A stretch of 40,216 bases of DNA from a virus (taxonomy: Duplodnaviria; Caudoviricetes), in the IMG/VR virus record IMGVR_UViG_3300030376_006429, positions 1 to 40,216 of that record; one strand, written 5' to 3'. Each line of letters starts with the position of its first letter. Position 1 is the stretch's first letter. This document shows, in pieces, positions 24,150 through 34,235 of this stretch. Made by a program: the position numbers and the translations under genes. The notes beneath the pieces are model-generated. The model saw only the letters and a list, made by a program, of their open reading frames with translations. It made no database searches and was not told where the DNA came from.

Positions 24150-25178
24150 TTAAAAATTATATTTTCCCTTTTGTACTAAAACTCCAGGTTTAAGTCCTTT
24201 TTCTAGTTTAAAAGCATTTAAAGCTTCATATATTTGCTCAGCTTCTTTAGTGAATCCACCCGACTCTAGCTCTCGGTATCTTTTTGCCATTTGGTCAATT
24301 CTTCCCCAAGTGCTAGGATCATTAAATTTAGCCATTTCAGCATCAAAGTCGAAACTTGTATTGTCAAAACCTGACCCTAATGGTTTGTTGTTAGGATTTA
24401 TATTACTAGCTGTTGCGTCAACTGGTTTAGTGAGTTCGTTTGTACTCATTTTATTTCCAGTTTGATCTCCATATAAGTAGTTTCTTACAAAGTCTTGATC
24501 TTCTGTATTAACCGGTGAGTCAACTGTTGTATCAACCGGTGAGTCAACTGTATCACTTGTTTTATTTTTACCACTACCTAATCCTCTAGCAACTTGTAAA
24601 CCTAAACTACCTAATGCTCCAGCCATGTCAGCTGTTCTTTCACCATAAGCAAATTGCTCCATACGTGATTGATCAGCTTTACTTTGTTCGTAATCCATTT
24701 GTTGACCCTTTCTTTGCATTTCAGCATTTTGAACCATTATTTCTCCTTGAGCCTTTAACCTTTCGTTCGTTACCTCTTGCTTTTCGATGTCAGCAGCAAT
24801 ACCAGCTTTACTTTTTAATGCTGCTTGAGCAAGTGCAGTAGCTCCGCCAGCAGACGCTCCTTGAGCTCTCAATGTGTCTAACGTATTAGCTAAAGCTTTG
24901 TCAGTTTCTTCCATCTTAATTTTATTAGCTTGAGTAGCAACACTTAAATTCTCATATGGATTATATATAGGTGTTTCCATGTATTGCTTCATGAGAGTGT
25001 CTACATATCCTTGTTGAGTTTTTAAGTTGTCTCTAGCTTCGTTTCTTTTCATATAGGCATCTACTCCCATGACAATTGAAGGTATACCAGCAGCTAAAGA
25101 AGCAAACATGTTATATGATTCTCCAGGTCTCTGGTTTGTGTCCTTCTTATTTTTAAAATAATCTGTTTCGTTTCCCAT
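24150..25178 (-). CDS. Probable internal virion (ejection/pilot) protein
   Basis: Gly/Ala-rich hydrophobic segments (ASLAAGIPSIVMG; GASAGGATALAQAA; AGALGSLGL) flanking Q-rich coiled coil. Confidence 0.6.
   Translation of the reverse strand: MGNETDYFKNKKDTNQRPGESYNMFASLAAGIPSIVMGVDAYMKRNEARDNLKTQQGYVDTLMKQYMETPIYNPYENLSVATQANKIKMEETDKALANTLDTLRAQGASAGGATALAQAALKSKAGIAADIEKQEVTNERLKAQGEIMVQNAEMQRKGQQMDYEQSKADQSRMEQFAYGERTADMAGALGSLGLQVARGLGSGKNKTSDTVDSPVDTTVDSPVNTEDQDFVRNYLYGDQTGNKMSTNELTKPVDATASNINPNNKPLGSGFDNTSFDFDAEMAKFNDPSTWGRIDQMAKRYRELESGGFTKEAEQIYEALNAFKLEKGLKPGVLVQKGKYNF
24511..24550. repeat. Short in-frame tandem duplication (24-nt period)
   Basis: ACCGGTGAGTCAACTG at 24511-24526 and 24535-24550; encodes TVDSPV twice. 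Confidence 0.75.
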
Positions 25179-25184
25179 AATATT

Positions 25185-27053
25185 TTATCTTGATGATATT
25201 ACAAATTCTGTTGATACAGCAAATAGTTCTTTACTAACAGATGGGTTAGTCGTTAAGTCTGTAGAAAGTGTTACTGTAGCAAAATGTCCTTTTATACCAG
25301 TCATTGAAGAGCCAAAAACTATTTCACCTGGTTTTTCAACACTGTTGTTTATTAAGTTAGAAAAGTATTTATTATCTTTCCTGTTAAAACCTGCCCTGTA
25401 CAATATTCCTTTATCGTCATATAGCCCTTCATCGTAGCTTCTTATAACCGCTGTTGTATCTCTAGCAGGGCTAGAAGTATTTAAGCCAACTATATCAGAG
25501 ATAAAAGAATCAACTTGCCATCCGCTACTGCCCTCGTAATTTATAGTTTTAAAATTCTTGTAAAACGATGGATTAGCATTGAAAATAAAACTTATTGAAG
25601 AAGTGTTTTGTACTTCATAAAAGCTACCAGGATTAGTTCTAGAAGGTTCATCATAGTGGAGATATAAAGAGCTATTTTTAGTTGAATAAAAATTGTTTTT
25701 CAAACTAAACATGTGACCTGGTCTATAAGTGTAAAAAGTATCCCAACCACTTACTTTTTCATCAAAAGATAGTGTATTATAATAATCACTTGTTTCATCA
25801 GTTGTTTTACTACCTGAATGTTTTTGTAAAGATATTACATAGTTATTTTTGTAATTATCATACGCACCTTCTATTTTATCTTTTTCATAAGTTTTAAACC
25901 TAAAATAAGGGCTTATACCTGTTTGTGGTAAAAAACCATCACCTATTCTTCCAGAACTTAAATAAACTCCATTTTTATTCCCTGCTGTTCCAAATCCAGT
26001 TACGAAAACGTTTAAGTCAACCCAACTATTTGGATCTGAGTTGTAATCCCAGTTAACTTGAACTTGAGAACCTATTTCTGCATCTATAGTAAAATTGCTT
26101 CCAACTGGAGCAAAAACAATTAAAGAAACAAAATTACCTAATGGAGCCTCTATTAAAGGTGCACCTGGTATTAAAGAAAAAGGAGCTTGATAAATGTATC
26201 CTGTGTTATTATCATATTCAATCATATAAGGATCTGAAAACAATACAACTTTGTCAGATATTTTTGCAAGTTCGTCTCTAAAAAAGTCTTTCATGCCATA
26301 TTGAGATATTTCAGTTAAACCGTCTCTTGACAACCTCATTACTGCGTTACGATCTTTATCTGCGAAATACCTTCTAAAACCAAAAGCTGCAAAACTTTCT
26401 GGGTTTCTACTTATACCATAATCACCTATATAAGGGGTCACTTGACCTATAACCACGTTTGATGTTGTTTTTAATGGTGATCCTTCAGCGGAATAAATAG
26501 CGTCCTTATCAATTAAAGCATTACTAACTTTATTTTCTTGAAATATAGTTAAGTTATTATCCATAGCGTATATCAACTGAACAGAGCCATTGTGAGGGTC
26601 GACAGTTTTAGTTATGTCTTCAGCTACAGAAAAAACATTAGTATTGTTTATATTAGTTCTATTATTAAAAACTCCAGAGTAAACTAAACTATTTGTCCTA
26701 TGCCTAACATCGTTAGAATCTTCTTTTAAATAAGCTCTTACACCTAAATCAACCTGTGTGTTATTGTAACCTCCTCTTATTCTAGATTCTTCTATAATAT
26801 AATTAGATCCATTAGTAATATTATAAGTATCATTATCTCCTGAGTAAACATTTGAATAAGGTTTTACATTACCAGTTGGCTGTGGAAAATTAGGAAAACC
26901 TTGATTGTTAGAACTATCAAAACTTAAACCTTCAACGCCTGGAAAAAGACTAACATACCTTTGGCCTAAATTGTCTTTATTAGCAACTAAAGGTGTTGTA
27001 ATCTGTTTTAACCAAAACGAATTATAATATTTTACTTCTAATTGATAAGCCAT
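25185..27053 (-). CDS. Tail stabilization/nozzle protein, C-terminal-type part
   Basis: Beta-rich; YGIS.NPESFA.FG...YF.D..R.AV.RLS.DGL..IS..GM..FF and KNFKTINYEG resemble podovirus stabilization proteins; position after ring genes. Confidence 0.65.
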   Translation of the reverse strand: MAYQLEVKYYNSFWLKQITTPLVANKDNLGQRYVSLFPGVEGLSFDSSNNQGFPNFPQPTGNVKPYSNVYSGDNDTYNITNGSNYIIEESRIRGGYNNTQVDLGVRAYLKEDSNDVRHRTNSLVYSGVFNNRTNINNTNVFSVAEDITKTVDPHNGSVQLIYAMDNNLTIFQENKVSNALIDKDAIYSAEGSPLKTTSNVVIGQVTPYIGDYGISRNPESFAAFGFRRYFADKDRNAVMRLSRDGLTEISQYGMKDFFRDELAKISDKVVLFSDPYMIEYDNNTGYIYQAPFSLIPGAPLIEAPLGNFVSLIVFAPVGSNFTIDAEIGSQVQVNWDYNSDPNSWVDLNVFVTGFGTAGNKNGVYLSSGRIGDGFLPQTGISPYFRFKTYEKDKIEGAYDNYKNNYVISLQKHSGSKTTDETSDYYNTLSFDEKVSGWDTFYTYRPGHMFSLKNNFYSTKNSSLYLHYDEPSRTNPGSFYEVQNTSSISFIFNANPSFYKNFKTINYEGSSGWQVDSFISDIVGLNTSSPARDTTAVIRSYDEGLYDDKGILYRAGFNRKDNKYFSNLINNSVEKPGEIVFGSSMTGIKGHFATVTLSTDLTTNPSVSKELFAVSTEFVISSR

Positions 27054-27071
27054 GTATAATTATTTAAGTCA

Positions 27072-30000
27072 TTAACCCCATATGTTAAGGGTAAGTCCAG
27101 GATTATTAAAAATTACAAATTTAACGCCATATGGTAAACTTGTTAAGTGACCTGTAGCTTCGCTAGCATCTGCAATAATAAGTTTTATATAATACATATA
27201 AGCTCCGTAGTTGCCTCCGTTGCTAGAAACGTTAAAATCTCTATTTTGAAACGAGCTTCCTTTCCAAAACACAGTAGAGTATTTACCACCTGTTCTATCT
27301 GTAAATAAATTTGTTGTTGGTCCACTATCTATCTCTCTTATGTCAAAATTATGAGTTTGATCAATGGGATTTGTGTTTACACAATAAATATTTTGATTGT
27401 CTCTATTATATTTAGCTTCGTATCTATCAACAGATAATATCTTAGCTTTAACACCTTCGTCTTTAGTGTTTGTAATATTATTAGTTCTATAAAATTTAGC
27501 ATCATTTGTTTCACTAAAAGAAGTTATTAATTCAGCACCATTAGTAGTAAATCCAAAATAGCAAATATCTAGTGGTGAATAATAAGCAGAAGCTAAAAGA
27601 TTTATTGCACCTCTATTAAACTCAAAATAACCTCCCCCTGGAAAAGATGAACTACTTTTTGGGCCACTTACACCAGCGTTAATACTATTCTGGTTTATTA
27701 CTAAATAATTTTGAGTTAGACTATAAGGTGTACTGTATGGAGTGTCATATTGGTTATTAATTGAAACACGGTTACTTTCGTTGCTGTCTAAAAACTGTTG
27801 CAAACCACCATCTTCTACAAAATTTCTTGCAAACCAAAAATCAGGATTACCAGCATCATAATTGTCACCAAAGTTAACTTCAATTCTGGTAGACATTATT
27901 TTATATATAGATGGTTTAACATTTGTTAAGTTAAATTCTTTTTCAACAGTTATATCTGCAAAGCCACTTACCCTTAACGTAAACTCTACTAAATACCTGT
28001 TGTTAATATTAGACAGAGAGTTAAATATTTCAATTGAGTTACTAATTAACTTATAAGTAGGTGGAGTACTTGGTAATGCCGCCGCTTGTACTTCCTGTAA
28101 GCTGACAGGAACACTAGTTCCAGTAACTTGGTTTCTATTGCCACTAGAATCTATAGTGAAGAATCTCGGAGGGTTTAATATTTCACAAGTTGCATTATTT
28201 AAAGGTTGGTTTTGAGTGTCTACTATTTGGAAAGTGTTACTTACATCTACTGGAAAAGTAGTTGATTCTTTGAATTGTATATTTACATCCGTTAAACCTC
28301 CAGGAGCAGGAGAGCCAAAACCAGCTTCTACATTGTTATTAAATTCAGATATTAAACCAGAAGTAGAAGTTTCGTAATATATTTCTATGTTTGATTCAAA
28401 AGGATTAGTTTCAAAAACATTTAATTTTTTTGCAAAAATATCAGCGGTTGTAGTAACTTGTTGAGCGGCTTGTGTATATCCTAACCTAGTGTTTGTTTTT
28501 AAGTTAGCTATCAGCGGGTTTTTATTATCTTTCATAAAGAAAGGGTTGACAGCACCTTTGTGGCCAGGATATATATATGTACCGGCATTGGTTATTTGAG
28601 TACTACCATTAGCACCCATTAAATAGTAGTACATGTCTATATTCTTTTTAGTAGTCCAGTCTCCAATCTCTCTAAAAGGTTTTACATTTGTTATTTCTAT
28701 TCTACTAGGATTCCTATTTTGTTCGCCTACATTAGCTATAGCTGGAGTACTATCACTTCCTCTATGCGTTTGTTTTACTCTATTGTATAATATTGTAGTT
28801 GAGCTATATATATTGTCAGAAGGGCCTACCTCTTTTAAGTCTCTTGGCACTTTATTGATGTTGTCATTAAATAAAGCTATTTGAGAAACAGACTCTGTAT
28901 CAGGATAAGCTAATGGTATTTCCCATTCTTCAAAGTCAAAATTACCACTAACATTTCCAGCAGTATATATATTATAGTAGTCTTGTTCTCGCTGTTTAAC
29001 TACTAATTTATAACTATACCAACCTAAAGGATTTTCATTTTCATCCCAAATACCGTTATAATTTTTTCTTTTTTCGGTAGGTATTAACTCATCAAACTCA
29101 ACCTTCATTGAATCACCTCCCCAGGTTAATGGATCAACTCCTCCATTACTATAATTACTAAAAAAACTAGAATTAAAACTTAGTTCATTTTCACTTAATA
29201 TAACGTTAGATGATCTACCATATCTGTCTTGAAGAACTACACCGACTTGATATGATCTATTTTGTTTTAAATTATGGTTTATTAATTCTTTTTTAACATT
29301 GGGAGAATTTGTGCCCTTGTTAACTTTAGAAACTGAATATCTTAAAGAGCTAGGCGTTGTTTTGTTTTGTAAGAAATTACCATAAATAACTCTATTGCCT
29401 ACAATTTCTTGTGTGGCAGCTCTTAATGGCACTATATCACTAACTCTTACTATTTCTTTTTCTGGAAGCACTTTTGTTGGTTTTTCAGAAGAGTAATTGT
29501 AAATTATAGTGTTACTTAATTTTATAGTAACTAAAGCTCCAGATCCAGTAGGTAGATTAGGGGCTTGAGCCAAAGCCGGAACAGAAAGCTCATCATTAGG
29601 TAAGTAACCTTCACCAGATGCTGTTATAGTTACAGAAGTTATTCTTCCAGCTCCATCAGCAACTACAGTTGCTTTAGCACCACTACCATTTCCACCGCTT
29701 AGTGGAATATTACTATGAGTACCTACACCATAGTCTCGCCCGGCGGTTTTTATAGTTGCACTTTCAATAGTACCTTCAATATCTTCTACTTTTAAATCTT
29801 TTATTACTTTTAAATTTTCATCATCAGACGCCTTATAAAGTAATTGTATTTCACTTACTTTTAATTTTTCTTCTATTTCGCTTGGTGAGTACGGTAAATC
29901 AATTACTAACCCAGCTGTAGTTACTTGATTTTCCATGAAATCAACAACACTAGATTGTCTAGTTTTATCAGAATCTATACCGACAAAATACCCATATTGT

Positions 30001-31133
30001 TTGGGGACGAAAGCATGTTGAGAAAAAGGAGCTGACAATGAGTAGTCATTTTCATCGTACTTAAACCTATAGCTAAACCTAACAAATTTATTTTCTAGTA
30101 AATTTTTATCACCAGCAAAACTAGCATTATAATTAGGATTTCTTAATTGAAACAGAAAAGTACCATTTTGCCACCCAAGTGTTGTAGATATATCTAGAAT
30201 AGGTGTTCCATTAATGGTTTTTAAAGACAATTCATCTCCAACCGTGACGTCTGATATAACCCTAGCTAACGCTTCACCTTTGTTAGGCTCTCCAGCGCTT
30301 GTTATTCTTATGTCATATGATGGTGTTCCAATAGGTAAATGATCTGTTAACCTGCCAGCTGAATTACCAAACACTAATATTTCATTTGCTGGTGGAGTTC
30401 CTCCGTTTATATCGTATATTTTCCCTGGTAATCCAAAAAAAGGTGCAAGCCATTCGTCTTTTTCATTTATTAAAGTAGACTCGGCTACACCAGATGTATT
30501 TTTTAAGAAGCTTATAGAGGAAAAAGGAGCATATTTAGCAACTGAAATATTATCTTCTGAATTATAATAATCTGGATTGTTAATTGCTTTTTCAACATTA
30601 ATTTTTCTTGGTTGATTCCTATTATCTGTCCAAAACAACAAGTTTTCTAGTAAATTAACACCTAGTATTGGATGTGTTTTTGAAAAATTTAAAAAAGTTC
30701 CAGTAACTAAAGTTTTAAAAGCAATATTGCTAACGTCAAACGTATTTTGAAAACTAGGTATTTCACAGTAACATATGTAATGATTAGATCCACTTATAGA
30801 ATAACTAACATTATTTAATACAACTGTTTTACTAGGCGTAGATATATTACTTAAAGAATCTATTGAAGAGTCTGAAAAGTTAGTTATAAAAAAATAAATT
30901 CTGTTATTATTAGCATCAGGATAGCAGCCTATTATTTCTAGATTATCTCCAACTAAGCCAAAGTCAGTAACTTTTATGTTCCCTCTAACAGTTTCTAAAG
31001 CACCTACGTCAGAACCTTCTGAAGCACTAACACTAATATTTTTACCATCTCTATATTCACCATTAGGCACGAGTCTAGCGTCTAAGTCTTTGTTCATCTT
31101 AGACTTTAAAAAAGTATTTTTAATTTGTGGCAT
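27072..31133 (-). CDS. Tail stabilization/nozzle protein, N-terminal-type part
   Basis: KMNKDLD.RLVPNGEYRD..N, LFWTDN.NQPRKIN, FVRFSYRFKY....YS..APFS, GNRVIYGNF, YQVGVVL.DRYGR.S. Confidence 0.7.
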   Translation of the reverse strand: MPQIKNTFLKSKMNKDLDARLVPNGEYRDGKNISVSASEGSDVGALETVRGNIKVTDFGLVGDNLEIIGCYPDANNNRIYFFITNFSDSSIDSLSNISTPSKTVVLNNVSYSISGSNHYICYCEIPSFQNTFDVSNIAFKTLVTGTFLNFSKTHPILGVNLLENLLFWTDNRNQPRKINVEKAINNPDYYNSEDNISVAKYAPFSSISFLKNTSGVAESTLINEKDEWLAPFFGLPGKIYDINGGTPPANEILVFGNSAGRLTDHLPIGTPSYDIRITSAGEPNKGEALARVISDVTVGDELSLKTINGTPILDISTTLGWQNGTFLFQLRNPNYNASFAGDKNLLENKFVRFSYRFKYDENDYSLSAPFSQHAFVPKQYGYFVGIDSDKTRQSSVVDFMENQVTTAGLVIDLPYSPSEIEEKLKVSEIQLLYKASDDENLKVIKDLKVEDIEGTIESATIKTAGRDYGVGTHSNIPLSGGNGSGAKATVVADGAGRITSVTITASGEGYLPNDELSVPALAQAPNLPTGSGALVTIKLSNTIIYNYSSEKPTKVLPEKEIVRVSDIVPLRAATQEIVGNRVIYGNFLQNKTTPSSLRYSVSKVNKGTNSPNVKKELINHNLKQNRSYQVGVVLQDRYGRSSNVILSENELSFNSSFFSNYSNGGVDPLTWGGDSMKVEFDELIPTEKRKNYNGIWDENENPLGWYSYKLVVKQREQDYYNIYTAGNVSGNFDFEEWEIPLAYPDTESVSQIALFNDNINKVPRDLKEVGPSDNIYSSTTILYNRVKQTHRGSDSTPAIANVGEQNRNPSRIEITNVKPFREIGDWTTKKNIDMYYYLMGANGSTQITNAGTYIYPGHKGAVNPFFMKDNKNPLIANLKTNTRLGYTQAAQQVTTTADIFAKKLNVFETNPFESNIEIYYETSTSGLISEFNNNVEAGFGSPAPGGLTDVNIQFKESTTFPVDVSNTFQIVDTQNQPLNNATCEILNPPRFFTIDSSGNRNQVTGTSVPVSLQEVQAAALPSTPPTYKLISNSIEIFNSLSNINNRYLVEFTLRVSGFADITVEKEFNLTNVKPSIYKIMSTRIEVNFGDNYDAGNPDFWFARNFVEDGGLQQFLDSNESNRVSINNQYDTPYSTPYSLTQNYLVINQNSINAGVSGPKSSSSFPGGGYFEFNRGAINLLASAYYSPLDICYFGFTTNGAELITSFSETNDAKFYRTNNITNTKDEGVKAKILSVDRYEAKYNRDNQNIYCVNTNPIDQTHNFDIREIDSGPTTNLFTDRTGGKYSTVFWKGSSFQNRDFNVSSNGGNYGAYMYYIKLIIADASEATGHLTSLPYGVKFVIFNNPGLTLNIWG

Positions 31134-31135
31134 AC

Positions 31136-32014
31136 TTAATGTTTAATCCATTTAGATTTATTTCTAAGCACTTGAGCGATCTCTTCGATCTTTATATTAC
31201 TTAAACGTATTTTAGCATTTCTAAGAGCGCTAGAACGGTCTTTTTTAAATCTATTTATTATATATTCTGGAATACCTGATCTACCTGATAGTATCGAGTA
31301 AGCTATATGCATGTACATTGCTTGTTCAGCCATTTTAGGAACTTTCATATCAGCGTCGTAAGCTAAATTGTCAGATATATATTCTAGTATTATTAACTTA
31401 CCTGCTAAATCACTTGAAAAAGAAAATGTGCCTGTTCTTTCGTTTATAGTAAACATACCATTTACTTGAGCTTCTTCAGGTTGTAAACCATATCTTTGAC
31501 CTAATAAAAAATCTCTTTTAGGTATTCTGTAATCGTCAGGCTGTAAGTCAGTTGTTAAAGATCTATTTTTCCATCTTTCTTCAGTTAGTGACTGCTCTGA
31601 AAGTAAATTAGCGCCCGTTTGATCCTGAGTAGGCGTGCCACTACCATCTTGCATTGGTAGTTCGTTTGGGTTAGAAGTAACTCTAGTCGGATATATAATG
31701 TGCTTAGCACCAGCACTGTCTATCCAAGATAATTTAACGTAGTTTACATAGTCTTGAGGTATTATTATAGACAAACTAGGAGGTATTGTTAGTTCTTGTG
31801 ATTTTATGACTTTTAAAGTATCATAACTAAATTCTTGTAAACCCCTTTTAGCGTGAAACATGACGTCAGTTCTTTTAGCAGATGGTATTAATTTACCAGC
31901 TCCGATATATGCTACCATAAAGTTATTTATAATATCATCTAGACTTATATATATGTAGCTACCGTAATTGTTTCCAGTGTAGTATTCAGCGTTAGTTTGT
32001 GTTATAAGTCCCAT
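31136..32014 (-). CDS. Head-tail connector / tail ring protein
   Basis: 292 aa with IPQDYVNYV motif; located between adaptor and stabilization genes. Confidence 0.6.
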   Translation of the reverse strand: MGLITQTNAEYYTGNNYGSYIYISLDDIINNFMVAYIGAGKLIPSAKRTDVMFHAKRGLQEFSYDTLKVIKSQELTIPPSLSIIIPQDYVNYVKLSWIDSAGAKHIIYPTRVTSNPNELPMQDGSGTPTQDQTGANLLSEQSLTEERWKNRSLTTDLQPDDYRIPKRDFLLGQRYGLQPEEAQVNGMFTINERTGTFSFSSDLAGKLIILEYISDNLAYDADMKVPKMAEQAMYMHIAYSILSGRSGIPEYIINRFKKDRSSALRNAKIRLSNIKIEEIAQVLRNKSKWIKH

Positions 32015-32017
32015 TTA

Positions 32018-33022
32018 TTATGATTTTTCGTTTACTTCCTCTTGTTGTACTTTTTGTGCGGCAACTTGTATTATCTGTGGATCTCTTATTACAACGCCAG
32101 CGTATAGTAATATCCTTAGTATAACTTCTGTTCTTTCTGAGTTATGTAAATCAAAGTCTTTATATCCTTGTTGTGACTGAGCAAATAAATTATTTTGCGA
32201 TATTTGAACTTGAAAAGGTCCTCCGACTGGTGAACCAAAAGTAGAGTTTGTGAAAGTTATAGTATCACCAGCGACATATCCACTTCCTTGACTAGCAACT
32301 TCAACTCCAGAAGCAACGCCACCTGATATGGTAACATTAAACTGAGCGTTTGTGCCGCTACCACCGGTGTAAGCAGCTTGCGGATATATTCCATCAGTAG
32401 CTCCACTAGTGTAGTTTGAAGTTATATTTAACTGGTCACCTATATTTATAGATGTAGGGTCATAAACATAATCTGTAAAAACGTATTGGTTTAAAGCGCC
32501 TAAAACGTATCCCCATCTAATATCTGTTGGCTTTTTAACATATTGTGCTTTTACCTTGCTAGCTATATCAGTGGGATAAACTAAAACTTTATTATCTTCG
32601 TATAAGTATATTGGTTGTGTCTTAGTTGGTGCTGTAAGTGGAGATTTTCTTATGTTGTAGAAATCAGCTCTACCAACTCTTTGTATTTCTACAGGGAATT
32701 TACCAGTGTCTTCAAAAGTTAAAGACCCTAGTCTATATAGATCAGATGGTAATGTGAATATACCACCTGCAGTATGCGTTGCGTTACTTTCAACTTTAAA
32801 CTCTGCAATTTTTTCATCTGTAATAGCAACTCTATCAGAGTATTCCATATCAGACTGTGGCACACGTAGTTGTTGGTTTAAATCTTCAAAGTATGCTTCA
32901 AATATCTGTCTTTGAACCTGGCTACCTATTCTATTAAACTCATCAGGTGTCATATAACCACGCTGTTCACTGTTTAATATAAGTAATACCGTTTTATATA
33001 CTGTATCTACGTTTATTGCCAT
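32018..33022 (-). CDS. Head-tail adaptor / ring protein with inserted Gly-rich beta domain
   Basis: N..Q.GYMTPDEFN...Q, TLPSDLYR and Y.KKP motifs; GGSG...GSGY..GD insertion. Confidence 0.6.
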   Translation of the reverse strand: MAINVDTVYKTVLLILNSEQRGYMTPDEFNRIGSQVQRQIFEAYFEDLNQQLRVPQSDMEYSDRVAITDEKIAEFKVESNATHTAGGIFTLPSDLYRLGSLTFEDTGKFPVEIQRVGRADFYNIRKSPLTAPTKTQPIYLYEDNKVLVYPTDIASKVKAQYVKKPTDIRWGYVLGALNQYVFTDYVYDPTSINIGDQLNITSNYTSGATDGIYPQAAYTGGSGTNAQFNVTISGGVASGVEVASQGSGYVAGDTITFTNSTFGSPVGGPFQVQISQNNLFAQSQQGYKDFDLHNSERTEVILRILLYAGVVIRDPQIIQVAAQKVQQEEVNEKS

Positions 33023-33033
33023 TTTAATATTTT

Positions 33034-33062
33034 AAAAAGAGAGGTCACTTATGTAACCCCTC
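33034..33062 (-). terminator. Intrinsic terminator
   Basis: Minus strand GAGGGGTTAC-ATAA-GTGACCTCTC-TTTTT; 10-bp stem with two G-U pairs. Confidence 0.7.
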
Positions 33063-33079
33063 ATAATTATAGTCACTTG

Positions 33080-33874
33080 TTATTTTAACTTTTTCTGTAC
33101 GGTTTTATAAACCTCTACACCTTCATCAGTTTTAAACCATGCAGCTAATGCTGAATATGGATTTTCATCAAAAGGAATATTCATAAGTTTTCTACCATTA
33201 CTAGCCCAAGTAAATGTTCTTTGATCTTGAGATAACTTCATTATTCCAGCTTCAACAGCTCTAATACCAAAGTTCCTTAATTCTACATTTTCATCATTTG
33301 CTAATTCTAAGAACAAATAAGGATTACCTCTAGCAAATAGCAGTAAATCTCTTTTAAGTTCTTTAGAGGTCATTTTTGATACGCTAGAACCAAACTCAAC
33401 TCTTAATATAGCTTCAGCTTGATCAATATCCATAGTGCTAGCAGCGTTCATCGCTTGCATTTCTACTTCTAAATAATCTAACTCATCTACAGCTTCTTGA
33501 ACGTCATCTTTTTCAGCATAAAGCTTACCTTTATTTGGATGGTATAATGATAATAGCTTCTGCAATGCTTGGTCAGATTTTGGTACCATTAAAACACCAT
33601 CATCAAAAACAATATGGCCTAATGTAGCGGGTCCTTTTTGTTCATCTACAAATGGGCTTTTCATATTAGTAGCATATCTAAGTTCCCTATTGTACCCTTT
33701 TTCTTCGTCAAAATACATTAAAGGCTTTCTCATGGAGTGCCTAGAATTTATTCTAAATGTTAAAGGAGATCTTTCGTTTAGTAAATGGTAATACCTGTCT
33801 TTTATTTCCCAAGTATTTTTTTTAATTTCTTTTGCTACAGTTTTAGCTGGAGCCTTTTTTTCTTTTGTTTCCAT
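33080..33874 (-). CDS. Morphogenesis-module protein of unknown function
   Basis: 264-aa ORF between capsid and adaptor genes, flanked by terminators. Confidence 0.75.
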   Translation of the reverse strand: METKEKKAPAKTVAKEIKKNTWEIKDRYYHLLNERSPLTFRINSRHSMRKPLMYFDEEKGYNRELRYATNMKSPFVDEQKGPATLGHIVFDDGVLMVPKSDQALQKLLSLYHPNKGKLYAEKDDVQEAVDELDYLEVEMQAMNAASTMDIDQAEAILRVEFGSSVSKMTSKELKRDLLLFARGNPYLFLELANDENVELRNFGIRAVEAGIMKLSQDQRTFTWASNGRKLMNIPFDENPYSALAAWFKTDEGVEVYKTVQKKLK

Positions 33875-33896
33875 AATATAATATAATATAATAATT

Positions 33897-33924
33897 AAAA
33901 AAGCCCCCGCCGAAGCGGGATCTT
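33897..33924 (-). terminator. Intrinsic terminator after capsid genes
   Basis: Minus strand TCCCGC-TTCG-GCGGGG-GC-TTTTTT; cUUCGg tetraloop. Confidence 0.85.
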
Positions 33925-33933
33925 ATTATTGTT

Positions 33934-34209
33934 TTATGCTACAGTAGTAAACACATTTGTGTTGAGTACAGTTCCAGAAGCATCTGGACCAGCATTTATA
34001 CATTTTAACCAAGAAGCTTGTAAACTAGCTTCTAAAGCTCTAGCTGCATCAGCATTAGCTAGAGTCTGGCCAACTGTAATAGTTGAGCCACCAATGTAAG
34101 TAAACACACAGTTATCTGAACCGTGAGCAGCAACAATCTTCAATAATTCCTCAGAAGGAATATATAAAGGTTGATCAGTGTTGTATTTTGCTTCAATCAT
34201 TTTAGCCAT
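33934..34209 (-). CDS. Small capsid-associated protein (putative decoration/auxiliary)
   Basis: 91 aa immediately after the major capsid gene and before its terminator. Confidence 0.6.
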   Translation of the reverse strand: MAKMIEAKYNTDQPLYIPSEELLKIVAAHGSDNCVFTYIGGSTITVGQTLANADAARALEASLQASWLKCINAGPDASGTVLNTNVFTTVA

Positions 34210-34235
34210 AATTTCTATCTTTTAAATGTTAATAA

